Below, one piece after another: positions 25,821 to 35,278 of a stretch of 59,745 nt of DNA. Numbering within the stretch: the first letter of the stretch is position 1; every line of letters begins with the position of its first letter. The notes beneath the pieces were generated by a model. It was not told the origin of the DNA. It made no database searches and saw nothing but the letters and a program-made list of their open reading frames with translations. This DNA is from Candidatus Kaiserbacteria bacterium (lineage in GTDB: Bacteria; Patescibacteriota; Minisyncoccia; Phycocordibacterales; Phycocordibacteraceae), in NCBI GenBank assembly GCA_016194455.1, contig JACQBN010000027.1, positions 1 through 59,745 on the forward strand, in the 5' to 3' direction. A program made the position numbers and the translations under genes.

Positions 25821-27122
25821 ATGGCTGTCTCTACGAAGTTCCTCTTCACGCTTGCGGCTTTCGTCATTCCACTCTCCTTCGCACATGCGGATGCCAGCGT
25901 TTCTTTCTCTCCCTCGGTAGTGCATCCGAGTACGGCGACTTGGGCACTCACCGAGAGCGGCTATAACTTCGACCGCTACATCATGGCCGTTTTCGACTCT
26001 ACGGGACATGAAGTTCAAGGGGCGACGAATAATTCGGGGAGCAACTCCGCCCAATCTGGCACCTTCGGCTGCTGGGTCGAGGCAAGTGCCTGCGGGGCTT
26101 CGTTCTACAGCTTTCCGGATAAGCCAGCTCCGTTTGGGACGATGACCGTCGTCGTTTTTGACACGACCGTGGACGGCTATAGCGACGGTTGGTGCAACCA
26201 ATCAAACTCAACTCTTTCTGGTTGTGAGAAGACCCCCGCTTTCGTCACCGAAACGACGTTTGACTTTGAGCCAGATCCGCCGGGCGTCCTACCCATCTTC
26301 GTTCTCGCGTCTAATTCCGATGGGTCTCTCTCGGCGACGGTCCCGAGCGCCACCGACGCTACGACTACTGCGAGTGGCGTTGACATCACGATTTCTGTCC
26401 CCTCGAACACGACGATCACTGGCCCTGCGGGCTGGGACGGCGTCGTCAATCTCCCGCAGGTGGCCGTGACCTTCACCGCGCCCTCAGATCCCAATTCCAC
26501 CGACACGGTTATTTCTGCGATTGAGATAGGAGCGGCCGACACGCCGCTCACCTTCGATAAGGCAGCGCGGCTCCTCTTCGCCGGCCAGGCGGGGCAGCTG
26601 GTCGGCTGGTCGCGGGGCGGTGTCTTCACGCCGATTATTGCAACCTGCGCCGATGATACCCAAGCGACGAACGACGGGCTTGCGCCGGGGAGCGACTGCA
26701 AGAGAGATTCTGGCACTGATCTTGCCGTCTGGACCAAGCACTTCACCACCTTCATCACCTACACCAAAACCGCGATGGTCTCAAGCGGCTCCGTCGGCGG
26801 CGGCGGAGGTTCAACTCCCCCTCCGTTCTCCGCTCCGAGTGCCCCGGCGCCCGCTGCCTCCGCAACGGGCCAGGTTCTCGGCGTTGCGGCCTATAATTTC
26901 AGCAAGAATCTCTACTACGGCACGCATGACTCTGATGTCGCCGAACTCCAGAAGTTCCTCGTCGCCAAGGGCTACTCCATTCCAGATGCCGTGACCGAAT
27001 ACTTCGGCCCCGAGACTTTAGCCGCAGTCAAAGCATTCCAGAGCGCCAGTGGCATCAAGCCCACCGGCTTCGCGGGCGTCATCACGCGCGGAGTCCTCAA
27101 TCAGGGCACCACGAGCCGCTAG
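25821..27122 (+). CDS. Secreted protein with C-terminal peptidoglycan-binding (PG_binding_1) domain
   Basis: Signal peptide MAVSTKFLFTLAAFVIPLSFAHA; C-terminal DVAELQKFLVAKGY...GPETLAAVKAFQSASGIKPTG. Confidence 0.75.
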   Translation: MAVSTKFLFTLAAFVIPLSFAHADASVSFSPSVVHPSTATWALTESGYNFDRYIMAVFDSTGHEVQGATNNSGSNSAQSGTFGCWVEASACGASFYSFPDKPAPFGTMTVVVFDTTVDGYSDGWCNQSNSTLSGCEKTPAFVTETTFDFEPDPPGVLPIFVLASNSDGSLSATVPSATDATTTASGVDITISVPSNTTITGPAGWDGVVNLPQVAVTFTAPSDPNSTDTVISAIEIGAADTPLTFDKAARLLFAGQAGQLVGWSRGGVFTPIIATCADDTQATNDGLAPGSDCKRDSGTDLAVWTKHFTTFITYTKTAMVSSGSVGGGGGSTPPPFSAPSAPAPAASATGQVLGVAAYNFSKNLYYGTHDSDVAELQKFLVAKGYSIPDAVTEYFGPETLAAVKAFQSASGIKPTGFAGVITRGVLNQGTTSR

Positions 27123-27160
27123 CCCTGGCGCTTGACAAATTTTGTTGTATCATGTTGGAC

Positions 27161-28126
27161 ATGGAACGGCCGCGCCGCTCACTCCTACAAAATTTTCACG
27201 ATTACTTCTTCCCGCACGCGGGCAACGACTACAATCCGCACTTCTTTAGTCTCGCATCAGTAGCCGTTATCGTTCTGTTCGTGCTGGTGCTCGAAGGTTT
27301 TTATTTCTCCGACACGGGCTTTTTGTTTAAAAAAACAGATTTCCTCGCGGCAGTACTGCCAGGCGTTCTTGTTTCGCTTACTAATACCGACCGCGCGGCA
27401 CTCAACGATGCTTCAGTCACCGAGAACGCCGTTCTTGATCAGGCCGCGACGCTTGCCGCCGAGGATATGGCGAGCAAGGGTTACTTCGCGCACGTCTCGC
27501 CCGAGGGCACGACGCCCTGGGACTGGCTCGGGAAGGTCGGGTATCGCTATCGTTACGCTGGCGAGAATCTCGCGGTCAACTTCACTGACTCCTCTGACGT
27601 CGAGAAGGCGTGGATGGCCTCGCCCACCCACCACGCCAACATCGTGAAGCCGCAATATACCGAGGTCGGGATTGGAGTCGCGAACGGGCTCTATGAGGGG
27701 CAGGAGGCAACCTTCGTGGTGCAGTTCTTCGCGGCGCCTGCTCCGGCATCAGTTGCGCAGGCTCTCGCAGCTCCGCCGCCTCCGCCCTCGGCGGAGGCGG
27801 CGGTGAATACCAGCGTACTCGCCGCCCAAACTGCGGCTCTACCCACTCCGGTTATCCCGCTAAAGCCGACCTTGCTCACAAGAACCCTCGCCTCGCCGAC
27901 CGAGAGCGTCCAGGATGCGGTGCTTATCATCCTCGCGCTTGTCGCCGCACTCTTTTCGCTCAGCATCCTTACGCGTGTCCATGCGCCGCACCCGCGCGTA
28001 CTCGCGAGCGGCGCGTTCCTGCTCATCGTCGCGAGCGGTGCACTCCTTCTCAATCTTCAGTCGAAGATACACGTAACACTCCCTACCGACTCGCAGTCCG
28101 CGAGCGTCATTTCAGCGTTTCAATAA
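27161..28126 (+). CDS. CAP/SCP-domain protein with N- and C-terminal TM helices
   Basis: GYFAHVSPEGTTPWDWL ... YAGENLAVNF ... AWMASPTHHANIV ... EVGIGVA. Confidence 0.8.
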   Translation: MERPRRSLLQNFHDYFFPHAGNDYNPHFFSLASVAVIVLFVLVLEGFYFSDTGFLFKKTDFLAAVLPGVLVSLTNTDRAALNDASVTENAVLDQAATLAAEDMASKGYFAHVSPEGTTPWDWLGKVGYRYRYAGENLAVNFTDSSDVEKAWMASPTHHANIVKPQYTEVGIGVANGLYEGQEATFVVQFFAAPAPASVAQALAAPPPPPSAEAAVNTSVLAAQTAALPTPVIPLKPTLLTRTLASPTESVQDAVLIILALVAALFSLSILTRVHAPHPRVLASGAFLLIVASGALLLNLQSKIHVTLPTDSQSASVISAFQ

Positions 28127-28130
28127 AAAA

Positions 28131-28223
28131 TTAGTGTGTGCCGAAGCCGAGCGCGGGGAAGAAGAGCCCGATCATGCCAAGCGCGAGCAGTACGACGATA
28201 ACAATAGCGACCAGGCGTTTCAT
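28131..28223 (-). CDS. Possible 30-aa hydrophobic peptide (below the ORF-track cutoff)
   Basis: My translation: MKRLVAIVIVVLLALGMIGLFFPALGFGTH. ATG lies 4 nt after the stop of the upstream oxidase gene. Confidence 0.3.
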   Translation of the reverse strand: MKRLVAIVIVVLLALGMIGLFFPALGFGTH

Positions 28224-28227
28224 ACGT

Positions 28228-29889
28228 TCATCTTATCATATTCCTCTCGATATCGGCGAAGGTGCCGCCGACCTTTTTGCCCGGATTGAAAATGCCAAGC
28301 GGATCAAAAATCTTTTTTGTCTCCGCAAATAGTGCGATCATCTCGGGGCCGAAGAGCAGAGGGAGGTAGGGTGTGCGAATGATGCCGTCATTGTGCTCGC
28401 CGGTCGTGGTGCCGCCGTACTTTATAACGAGCGCGTAGACCAGTGGCGCGAGCTCGAGAATGACCCGCCGCACCGCGGGCTTCCCGAGATCCATGAGCGG
28501 GATAATGTGGAAGTTTCCGTTCCCGACATGCCCCGCGATCGTGTAGATAAATTTGTCACTGTATTTCGCGAGGAGCGCGTTCAATTCCGGCAGGAACTGC
28601 GCATAGCTCGCGGGCGGCACAACAAAGTCGTCGATGAAAGGCGCGGCGATGAGGCCGTGGAGATTCTTACGGAGCAGGCGGAAGCTCTCGCGCCGGACGA
28701 TCCAGAACTTCTCGCTCTCCCGCTCGTTCTTCTCTATCTTCGTTTTTATATGCAGATCCGCGAGCGCACTCTGCGCACTCGCTGCCTTTTTGTCCGCATC
28801 CTCGATTGAATTCTCGGCGAACTCCGCCATGAGCAGCATCTTCGGTACTCCGCCCGCGAGCACCACCTCTGCTTCGGGAATGAAATCAATGCCGAGTCGC
28901 GCAGCTTTCGCAAAGCCCATCTCGGCAAGCATCTCGGGCAAGAACTTCACCGCGAGCGTGAAGGTGTGGTCGTCGTAGGATTCAAAAGATTCTGGACCGA
29001 GCGGAAGGATACGTTCTACGATCAGGGGCAACAGATTCAAATCCTGGAGGAAGATAACGAGCATCGCGCGATGCTCCTTCGGTTTCACTAAGCGCAGTTT
29101 CGCTCTTGTCCAGAGCGCGAGCGTGCCCTGCGAGCCGCAGATAAGTTTTGCAAGGTTGGTCGCGCCCGTACGAGGGTCGCGGATATTCCAGAGTGCGTAG
29201 CCGGCGGAGTTTTTAGAAACTTTCGGCCGATGGGCCTCAATAAGTTTTGCGTTTTTAGTGAGCAAGGCGTCCATCTCTCGATAGATTTCACCTTCAAGAT
29301 TCTTCTGCCCCTTCTTCATTTCCACCTCTTCGGGTGAGAGCGCTTTGAAGGTCGCTTGGCTGCCGTCTGAGAGCACGATCGCGAGCTCCTCTAGATATTT
29401 TTCCGTCTTGCCATACTCGAGCGTCCGCTCGCCAGCCGCGTTGTTGGCGACGATGCCGCCCATCGCGCAGATCTCGCGACTCGCAGGGTAGGAGGGGAGG
29501 ATGAGGCCCTTCGCGAGCGTCGCTTTTTCAAAATCACGGTAGTAGACGCCCGGTTGAGTTACTGCAAATCCTGCAGTCACGAAATCCTGAGGCTCTTGCC
29601 GAAGGACTCGTTCTTCGTCCAGGGCAACATCCCCCATTTTGTTCATGTATTTCGTGAAGACCGCGATGATGCCGGAGTTGAGGGGTCCGCCGCCCATGTC
29701 GGTACCCGCAGAGCGGGCGGTAATCGAGGTTTGTACCCCCCGCTTTCGCTCGGCGCCTACAGCCCTGACGAGTTCAGAAAGTTCGTCAGGGTTTCTCGGA
29801 TACGCCACCCCCGCGGGCATGACCTCGAAGAGGGACATGTCCCGGCTCGCCGCCTTCAACTCCACCGCATCCTTACGAACTTCCACCAT
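28228..29889 (-). CDS. FAD-linked oxidase (GlcD/D-lactate dehydrogenase-like)
   Basis: PCMH-type FAD-binding N-terminus (ARSAGTDMGGGPL) and FAD-oxidase C-terminal region (AGHVGNGNFH, GGTTTGEHNDG). Confidence 0.88.
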   Translation of the reverse strand: MVEVRKDAVELKAASRDMSLFEVMPAGVAYPRNPDELSELVRAVGAERKRGVQTSITARSAGTDMGGGPLNSGIIAVFTKYMNKMGDVALDEERVLRQEPQDFVTAGFAVTQPGVYYRDFEKATLAKGLILPSYPASREICAMGGIVANNAAGERTLEYGKTEKYLEELAIVLSDGSQATFKALSPEEVEMKKGQKNLEGEIYREMDALLTKNAKLIEAHRPKVSKNSAGYALWNIRDPRTGATNLAKLICGSQGTLALWTRAKLRLVKPKEHRAMLVIFLQDLNLLPLIVERILPLGPESFESYDDHTFTLAVKFLPEMLAEMGFAKAARLGIDFIPEAEVVLAGGVPKMLLMAEFAENSIEDADKKAASAQSALADLHIKTKIEKNERESEKFWIVRRESFRLLRKNLHGLIAAPFIDDFVVPPASYAQFLPELNALLAKYSDKFIYTIAGHVGNGNFHIIPLMDLGKPAVRRVILELAPLVYALVIKYGGTTTGEHNDGIIRTPYLPLLFGPEMIALFAETKKIFDPLGIFNPGKKVGGTFADIERNMIR

Positions 29890-29919
29890 CAGGGAAGTAT
29901 AGCCTGTGGACGGACGCGG

Positions 29920-30117
29920 TTAATGAGCGTGTTTGGCGTGGCGGAAGCTCTCGTAGGAGAGGTAGAATGCGAGCAGGCAGGCGATCCAGGAGAACCACAT
30001 CGGCGGCATGAAGGAGCCGATGGCGATGGGCCAGCCCCAGACGATGCGCCCGAGATGCAGCAGTCCGACGACGAAGAAGATGCCGCCCGTAATAACCATT
30101 AGTGTGTGGTGTCGCAT
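29920..30117 (-). CDS. Hypothetical small membrane protein (65 aa, 2 TM helices)
   Basis: Hydrophobic profile only. Confidence 0.45.
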   Translation of the reverse strand: MRHHTLMVITGGIFFVVGLLHLGRIVWGWPIAIGSFMPPMWFSWIACLLAFYLSYESFRHAKHAH

Positions 30118-30215
30118 AGGTGAGATGAGTTAGTAAGTGACCCTCGTATTCTACAGTAAATTTCTGGCAAGTCCGGCGGTTTCCACAACGCTCCGGCACC
30201 CCACCCCTTCTCGTA

Positions 30216-30249
30216 TAAAAGAAAAACGACCAGGAGGGTTAACTCCTGG
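30216..30249 (-). terminator. Intrinsic terminator of the 32423-30273 operon
   Basis: Minus strand: CCAGGAG-ttaacc-CTCCTGG followed by tcgtttttctttt. Confidence 0.6.
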
Positions 30250-30272
30250 CCGCAGTGTCCCGTGAGGGACGA

Positions 30273-30941
30273 TTACTTCTGAGGGACGGCGAGTGGCTGC
30301 ATCACGCCCGTATGGTACGCCTTTTGCGTGCCTTCCGTGACGAGGATTCGCCGCATCCGCTCCTCGGCTTCTTCGCCGTACTTGCAGTCGTCTTCGGCTG
30401 CACAGGCGACGAGATCATGGCTGGGGAAGCCCAGGATCGATATGATCACGTGCTGTAGGATGCCGCTCCGCCGCCACAGATCGTAGTGACGAAGCACATC
30501 AAGCAGCCCGGTCTGCGCGTCGTTGAAACCGGCGCGCTTGCCCTTGATGTAATCAACAATTTTGTCGTAGACGTTGAGGTCAAGGTTCGGATACGCCTCG
30601 GCGATTGCCGAAAAGAGCGAACCGCCACCAGGCTGAGCTGAGGTGTTGCCCTCATAGCGGCCCCTGACCGCATCGAGGAGAATCTGGTCGAGCTTCGCGC
30701 TCTTCAGATTCGCCACGCCGAGGGTCTCGTAGAAGCCGGCCTCGTAGCTTGAGAGGTAGCTCTGGTTCGCCTTGTAGTTGGCGACGAGCTGCGTCTCGTA
30801 CGCGATTCCTTCGTTCCGAAGACCGTTCATATAGCCCCACAGAGTGAAGAAGGCGATAATGACGACCCCGAGCACGAACATGCCAACCCAAGCGGCATGA
30901 TGTCGCTTGAACCAGGTCATGAAGTCCTGCGTTCTGTCCAT
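30273..30941 (-). CDS. Membrane-anchored protein with LemA-like topology (no sequence-level family call)
   Basis: Single N-terminal TM helix (WVGMFVLGVVIIAFFTLWGY) followed by a helical soluble region; SD AAAGGA upstream. Confidence 0.6.
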   Translation of the reverse strand: MDRTQDFMTWFKRHHAAWVGMFVLGVVIIAFFTLWGYMNGLRNEGIAYETQLVANYKANQSYLSSYEAGFYETLGVANLKSAKLDQILLDAVRGRYEGNTSAQPGGGSLFSAIAEAYPNLDLNVYDKIVDYIKGKRAGFNDAQTGLLDVLRHYDLWRRSGILQHVIISILGFPSHDLVACAAEDDCKYGEEAEERMRRILVTEGTQKAYHTGVMQPLAVPQK

Positions 30942-30974
30942 TGCTTTCTGTCCTTTCGTTTCTTTTGTTGAGGT

Positions 30975-32423
30975 TCAGTCACGCCGAGAACGTATGCCGG
31001 GCCAGCAGGTTGTACCAACCATGGCGGCGACCCACCACACGCCACAACTGAGGAAGAAGATGATGAAGGCGATCCAGCGCTGCTGGCTCTCCGTCGGGAC
31101 GATTTCGGAATTGAGGTATAAGAACCCACTTCCGTGACCGTTCTTGTCATCTCCGCCCATACTGATGCGCAGGAAGCGCATCGACGGATCACTATCACCC
31201 CACAAGACGGAAGCGATCGCGCCCGTATGCCTTGAACGCACGATGACCCGCGACTGCTGGGCCCGCGTGTCGTTCACGGTTGTATAAGTCGTTGTGATAC
31301 TGCCGATGAGCGTTGCAGGCGTCAGGGGGACTCCCTTCAGTCCGCTCTCAAGGGCGACGACCATTTGCTCGTTGCCGAGCGGCATGCCAGTGAAGGCGCG
31401 TGCCCAGGAGACTGTGCTGCCGTCTGTGGTCCCGACCACGATGCCGATACCGTTTTTCGACAAAGTATCCTTGCCGAACGTGCCTTTGTCCTGCCAGTAC
31501 GCCTTCAGCGCGAGCGCGTAACTATCGGGATCCGCATCCACGCTCGCGTTGCGCACGATAACGATCTCCACATCACCCTGGAGTTCCATGCCGAGCGCCG
31601 CGTTGAGGCGGGCGAGGGTGGTCTGCCAGTCAACTCCGGTCTCCGGCTCGTAGCCCACGAAGTGGACTTTGTCCGCAAGATAGAAGTCGTGAACACTTGA
31701 GGAGACCGGCGGGAGTAGATTGTCCTTCCGGTATCTCGCGATGTCCGATGAGTATTGCTTGAGGATCGTGTGGTCACTCGCCAGGATGTAGTTGTCGTAA
31801 TCCCTGCGCGCGGTGACCGGCCCGGGCGCTCCCGAGTCGATACGGTCCTTCGCTTGTTGCCAGAACTGAGGGATCCCAGTGCCGGCCGCTTCGATCACTG
31901 AGTGGGGTATGGATTCATACGCACGCCAGCGATGCCGATTTGGATTATCCGGGAAGCGGTGCGCGGCGATCGTGTAATCGCCGAGCGTCGTCTGGACGAT
32001 GTAGTTCGTTTCCATATCCACGTAGGGGCACTGGCGATAACGCGTTTCCCAGTGGCCGCACTCGTGACTCGAGGTGTTGCCCTCGGAATCCGTGTCGGTA
32101 CACGTCTCCGAGACATATACCTCGTACGGGTCGCAGTCATAGGTGTGTGTACAAAGGCCGTCCTCGGTGCAGGTGATATCGTCCCGATAGGCGACCAGCT
32201 CCCAACCATTCCAATACTCATGGTAGTTGAGAACCTCTGCCTTGGAGATATGCCAGCCGACGAAGGCCACGAGCGGAGCGAGAAGGACGATAATTGCTGT
32301 CGCGCCGATCCCGTACTCGATCCACGTGATCTCGTGCTCGCTCTTGATATGTGCGAGCAGATGTTTGACGCCAAGCCCCGCGGCGAGTGCCGCTGCGCAG
32401 GCCAATACGACAAGAGTGAGCAT
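30975..32423 (-). CDS. Membrane protein with Cys-rich ectodomain and TPM-like (TLP18.3/Psb32/MOLO-1-type) segment (482 aa)
   Basis: N-terminal 2 TM helices and 1 C-terminal TM helix. Cys cluster TCTEDGLCTHTYDCDPY...ECGHWETRYRQCPY. TPM-like segment VEIVIVRNASVDADPDSYALALKAYWQDKGTFGKDTLSKNGIGIVVGT. Start moved to ATG 32423 (GAGG SD); the ORF-track extension overlaps the helicase gene. Confidence 0.65.
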   Translation of the reverse strand: MLTLVVLACAAALAAGLGVKHLLAHIKSEHEITWIEYGIGATAIIVLLAPLVAFVGWHISKAEVLNYHEYWNGWELVAYRDDITCTEDGLCTHTYDCDPYEVYVSETCTDTDSEGNTSSHECGHWETRYRQCPYVDMETNYIVQTTLGDYTIAAHRFPDNPNRHRWRAYESIPHSVIEAAGTGIPQFWQQAKDRIDSGAPGPVTARRDYDNYILASDHTILKQYSSDIARYRKDNLLPPVSSSVHDFYLADKVHFVGYEPETGVDWQTTLARLNAALGMELQGDVEIVIVRNASVDADPDSYALALKAYWQDKGTFGKDTLSKNGIGIVVGTTDGSTVSWARAFTGMPLGNEQMVVALESGLKGVPLTPATLIGSITTTYTTVNDTRAQQSRVIVRSRHTGAIASVLWGDSDPSMRFLRISMGGDDKNGHGSGFLYLNSEIVPTESQQRWIAFIIFFLSCGVWWVAAMVGTTCWPGIRSRRD

Positions 32424-32458
32424 TTCTGTTACCTCGTTGTCAAAGAAGTTCCAGGTAT

Positions 32459-32488
32459 AATATACAGCAGTACAGCCTATTTTGTCAA
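32459..32488 (-). promoter_or_regulatory. Sigma70-type promoter for the 32423-30273 operon
   Basis: Minus strand: TTGACA, 18-nt spacer, TATATT. Confidence 0.5.
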
Positions 32489-32520
32489 GTGGCTCGCGCT
32501 GGTGCCGTATAATCGCCCCA

Positions 32521-33918
32521 ATGACCCAGGCGGAGGCGTTGACCATTTTAAAAACGGGCGCGAACGTCTTCCTCACCGGCGAGCCGGGGAGCGGCAAGAC
32601 GCATACCGTCAACGCTTTCACTCTATGGCTCCGCCACCGGGGGATAGAGCCCTCGATCACCGCCGCGACTGGCATCGCGGCCACCCATGTGGGCGGGCTT
32701 ACCCTCCACTCGTGGAGTGGCATTGGGATTACGGACTCACCTTCGGCTGCAGATATCGATCGCATCGCGAGCAAGGAGCACGTCGCGCGCCGGATAGGGA
32801 AGGCGAGGGTGTTGATTATTGACGAAGTCTCGATGCTCTCCGCGAACGCCTTCGCTGCCGCAGACGCGGTCTGCCGCGAAGTGCGCCGATCCAATGCTCC
32901 CTTCGGCGGCATCCCGGTCGTTCTCGTGGGCGACTTCTTCCAGTTGCCGCCCGTCGAACGAGCCGGTCGCGCTACGGCTTTCTGTTATGACTCGGCGACC
33001 TGGCAAGTGCTGAACCCGATCGTCTGCTACTTGAGCGAGCAGCATCGGCAAGGCGATCAAGAATATCTCGGCGTCCTCTCCGCGATGCGCGCGGGAGAGA
33101 TGGAGGAGTTGCATCGCGAGCGGCTTAACTCGCGCCGCGCGCGTGCGGGCGAAACGCCCGCCGCGCGCGGGATGCCGAGACTCTACTCGCATAATGTAGA
33201 CGTGGATCGTGAGAACGCCGCCGAGCTCGCCAAGCTCCCCGGCGAGGCGAGACAGTTTAATATGACTAGCCGCGGGAAAGATTCTTTGGTGGAGGGCTTG
33301 AAGCGCGGCTGTCTCTCGCCGGAAGTGCTGGAACTCAAGGAAGGAGCGGCGGTGATGTTCACCAAGAACAATCCACAAGCGGGGTTCGCGAACGGGACCT
33401 TGGGGCAGGTAGCGGGCTTTGATCGCGAGGGCGGAGCGCCGATAGTAGAGACTCGTGCCGGGGCACGCATTTTTGTTCCACCGATGGAGTGGCAGGTCGC
33501 CGAACAGGGGAAGGTGCGCGCGAGCATCAGCCAGCTGCCCCTCCGGCTCGCCTACGCCATGACCATCCACAAGAGCCAGGGCATGAGCATGGACGCGGCC
33601 GTGATGGATCTCTCGCAGGTTTTTGAATACGGGCAGGGCTACGTCGCGCTCTCGCGGGTGCGCACCCTCGCGGGCGTGCATCTGCTCGGGATAAATCGGC
33701 GCGCGCTCGAGGTGCACCCACAGATTTTATTGAAGGATAGAGACTTTCGCGGTCTCTCGGCCGCGGCGGAGCACACCTTCGGCGACCTGCCGCGAAGCGA
33801 GCTTGAGGATATGCAAAAAAAGTTCGTCAAAGCGCTCGGCGGGGATTGGATACGCTATACTGCGAGCAATGGAAGTTCTTGGCGAAAAGTGCGGGGTGTT
33901 CGGCGTCTACGGGGCTGA
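32521..33918 (+). CDS. PIF1/RecD-family ATP-dependent DNA helicase
   Basis: GEPGSGKTH (Walker A), LIIDEVSM (Walker B), VGDFFQLPPV, TIHKSQGMSMD. TATAAT at 32508-32513 lies 7 nt before the ATG. Confidence 0.85.
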   Translation: MTQAEALTILKTGANVFLTGEPGSGKTHTVNAFTLWLRHRGIEPSITAATGIAATHVGGLTLHSWSGIGITDSPSAADIDRIASKEHVARRIGKARVLIIDEVSMLSANAFAAADAVCREVRRSNAPFGGIPVVLVGDFFQLPPVERAGRATAFCYDSATWQVLNPIVCYLSEQHRQGDQEYLGVLSAMRAGEMEELHRERLNSRRARAGETPAARGMPRLYSHNVDVDRENAAELAKLPGEARQFNMTSRGKDSLVEGLKRGCLSPEVLELKEGAAVMFTKNNPQAGFANGTLGQVAGFDREGGAPIVETRAGARIFVPPMEWQVAEQGKVRASISQLPLRLAYAMTIHKSQGMSMDAAVMDLSQVFEYGQGYVALSRVRTLAGVHLLGINRRALEVHPQILLKDRDFRGLSAAAEHTFGDLPRSELEDMQKKFVKALGGDWIRYTASNGSSWRKVRGVRRLRG

Positions 33919-35278
33919 TCTCGACGCCGCGCGCCTCGCCTTCTTCGGCCTCTACGCGCTTCAGCATCGCGGACAAGAGAGCTCGGGCATCGCTGTCTCC
34001 GATGGCCGGAAGCTCACGCGCCATGTGGGCATGGGGCTTGTGAGCCAAGTCTACACCGAGGCGGATATAGAAAAACTACAAGGCCATATCGCGATTGGCC
34101 ACAACCGCTACTCTACGATGGGCGGTTCGGTCCTAGAGCACGGCCAGCCCGCCTTCGCGCACCCCTCGACCAGACTCGGGGCAAGTAGCGCGCTCGCGCT
34201 CGCCCACAACGGCAATCTGCCCTCTACGAAACTGCTTGAAGAATTTTTAGCCCGCCGCGGCGTAGAGGCGGCGGGGCTCTCCGACTCCCGCATGATCGCG
34301 GAAGCGATCGCCTGCCACCTCGCGGACAGCCTCGCGATCGAGGATGCCATTGCGAGAACTTTCCCCTTGATGACCGGCGCGTTCTCCATCCTTATCCTGA
34401 CGCCGACCAAGTTGATCGCGCTTCGAGACGCATACGGCATCCGACCGCTCTGCTTCGCGCGCTTCGACGGTGGCTACGTCTTCGCCTCCGAGAGCTGCGC
34501 GTTCCACCCCATCGGTGCGACCTATGAGCGCGACGTGCGCCCGGGCGAGATGCTCGTCATAGATTCAACAGGAGTCCACAGCCGCGCACTTGCAAAGGGC
34601 CGGGAACAGCTCGATATTTTTGAGTTCGTCTACTTCGCGCGGCCCGACAGCGAGCTTCTCGGCCAGTCGGTCTACGAGACGCGTCGGAGAGCAGGCGAGG
34701 AACTCGCACGAGAGGCAAAAGTCGCGGCGGACATTGTGGTGCCGGTCCCCGAGACCGCGATCCCGGTCGCGATCGGCTATGCTGCGACAACCGGTATCCC
34801 GCTTGAGATGGCGTTGGTAAAAAATCGCTACATCCATCGCACCTTCATCGCGCCCGAGCAGCACATCCGCGAGCAGGGAGTGAAACTGAAGCTGACGCCT
34901 TTACCTGAAATCATCCGCGACAAACGGATCGCCGTCATCGACGACTCAGTCGTGCGCGGCACGACCTCGAAGCAGATCGTCGCGATGCTTTTTGAAGCAG
35001 GAGCGAAGGCCGTCCACTTCCTCCTCGCGTCTCCGCCGGTCAAATTCCCGGACTTCTACGGCATCGACACTCCGAACCAAAAGAAGCTCCTCGCCGCGAG
35101 CCACTCTCGAGAAGAAATGCGAAGCTACTTGGGTGCCACGACGCTCCACTTCCTCTCGCTCGCGGGCCTGATCAAGGCGATCGGCGTCTCGCGCGACCGG
35201 CTCTGCACTTCCTGCTTCACGGGCGACTACCCGATCGATCTTTTAGAACGCACAAAAGAAGTAAACTATTCGGTCTAG
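33869..35278 (+). CDS. purF: Amidophosphoribosyltransferase
   Basis: Propeptide MEVLGEK, then CGVFGVYG, LQHRGQESSGI, and the PRTase motif AVIDDSVVRGTTS. Overlaps the helicase 3' end by 50 nt. Confidence 0.92.
   Translation: MEVLGEKCGVFGVYGADLDAARLAFFGLYALQHRGQESSGIAVSDGRKLTRHVGMGLVSQVYTEADIEKLQGHIAIGHNRYSTMGGSVLEHGQPAFAHPSTRLGASSALALAHNGNLPSTKLLEEFLARRGVEAAGLSDSRMIAEAIACHLADSLAIEDAIARTFPLMTGAFSILILTPTKLIALRDAYGIRPLCFARFDGGYVFASESCAFHPIGATYERDVRPGEMLVIDSTGVHSRALAKGREQLDIFEFVYFARPDSELLGQSVYETRRRAGEELAREAKVAADIVVPVPETAIPVAIGYAATTGIPLEMALVKNRYIHRTFIAPEQHIREQGVKLKLTPLPEIIRDKRIAVIDDSVVRGTTSKQIVAMLFEAGAKAVHFLLASPPVKFPDFYGIDTPNQKKLLAASHSREEMRSYLGATTLHFLSLAGLIKAIGVSRDRLCTSCFTGDYPIDLLERTKEVNYSV

Noticed and set aside
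27132-27153. TTGACA at 27132 taken as the -35 partner of TATCAT at 27148.
   Set aside because: The spacer is only 10 nt, incompatible with sigma70 geometry. I kept only the -10-to-ATG relationship.
32424-32912. N-terminal 163 residues of ORF 30975-32912.
   Set aside because: This extension runs through the divergent promoter region and into the helicase gene. An internal ATG at 32423 has a GAGG SD and a hydrophobic N-terminus.
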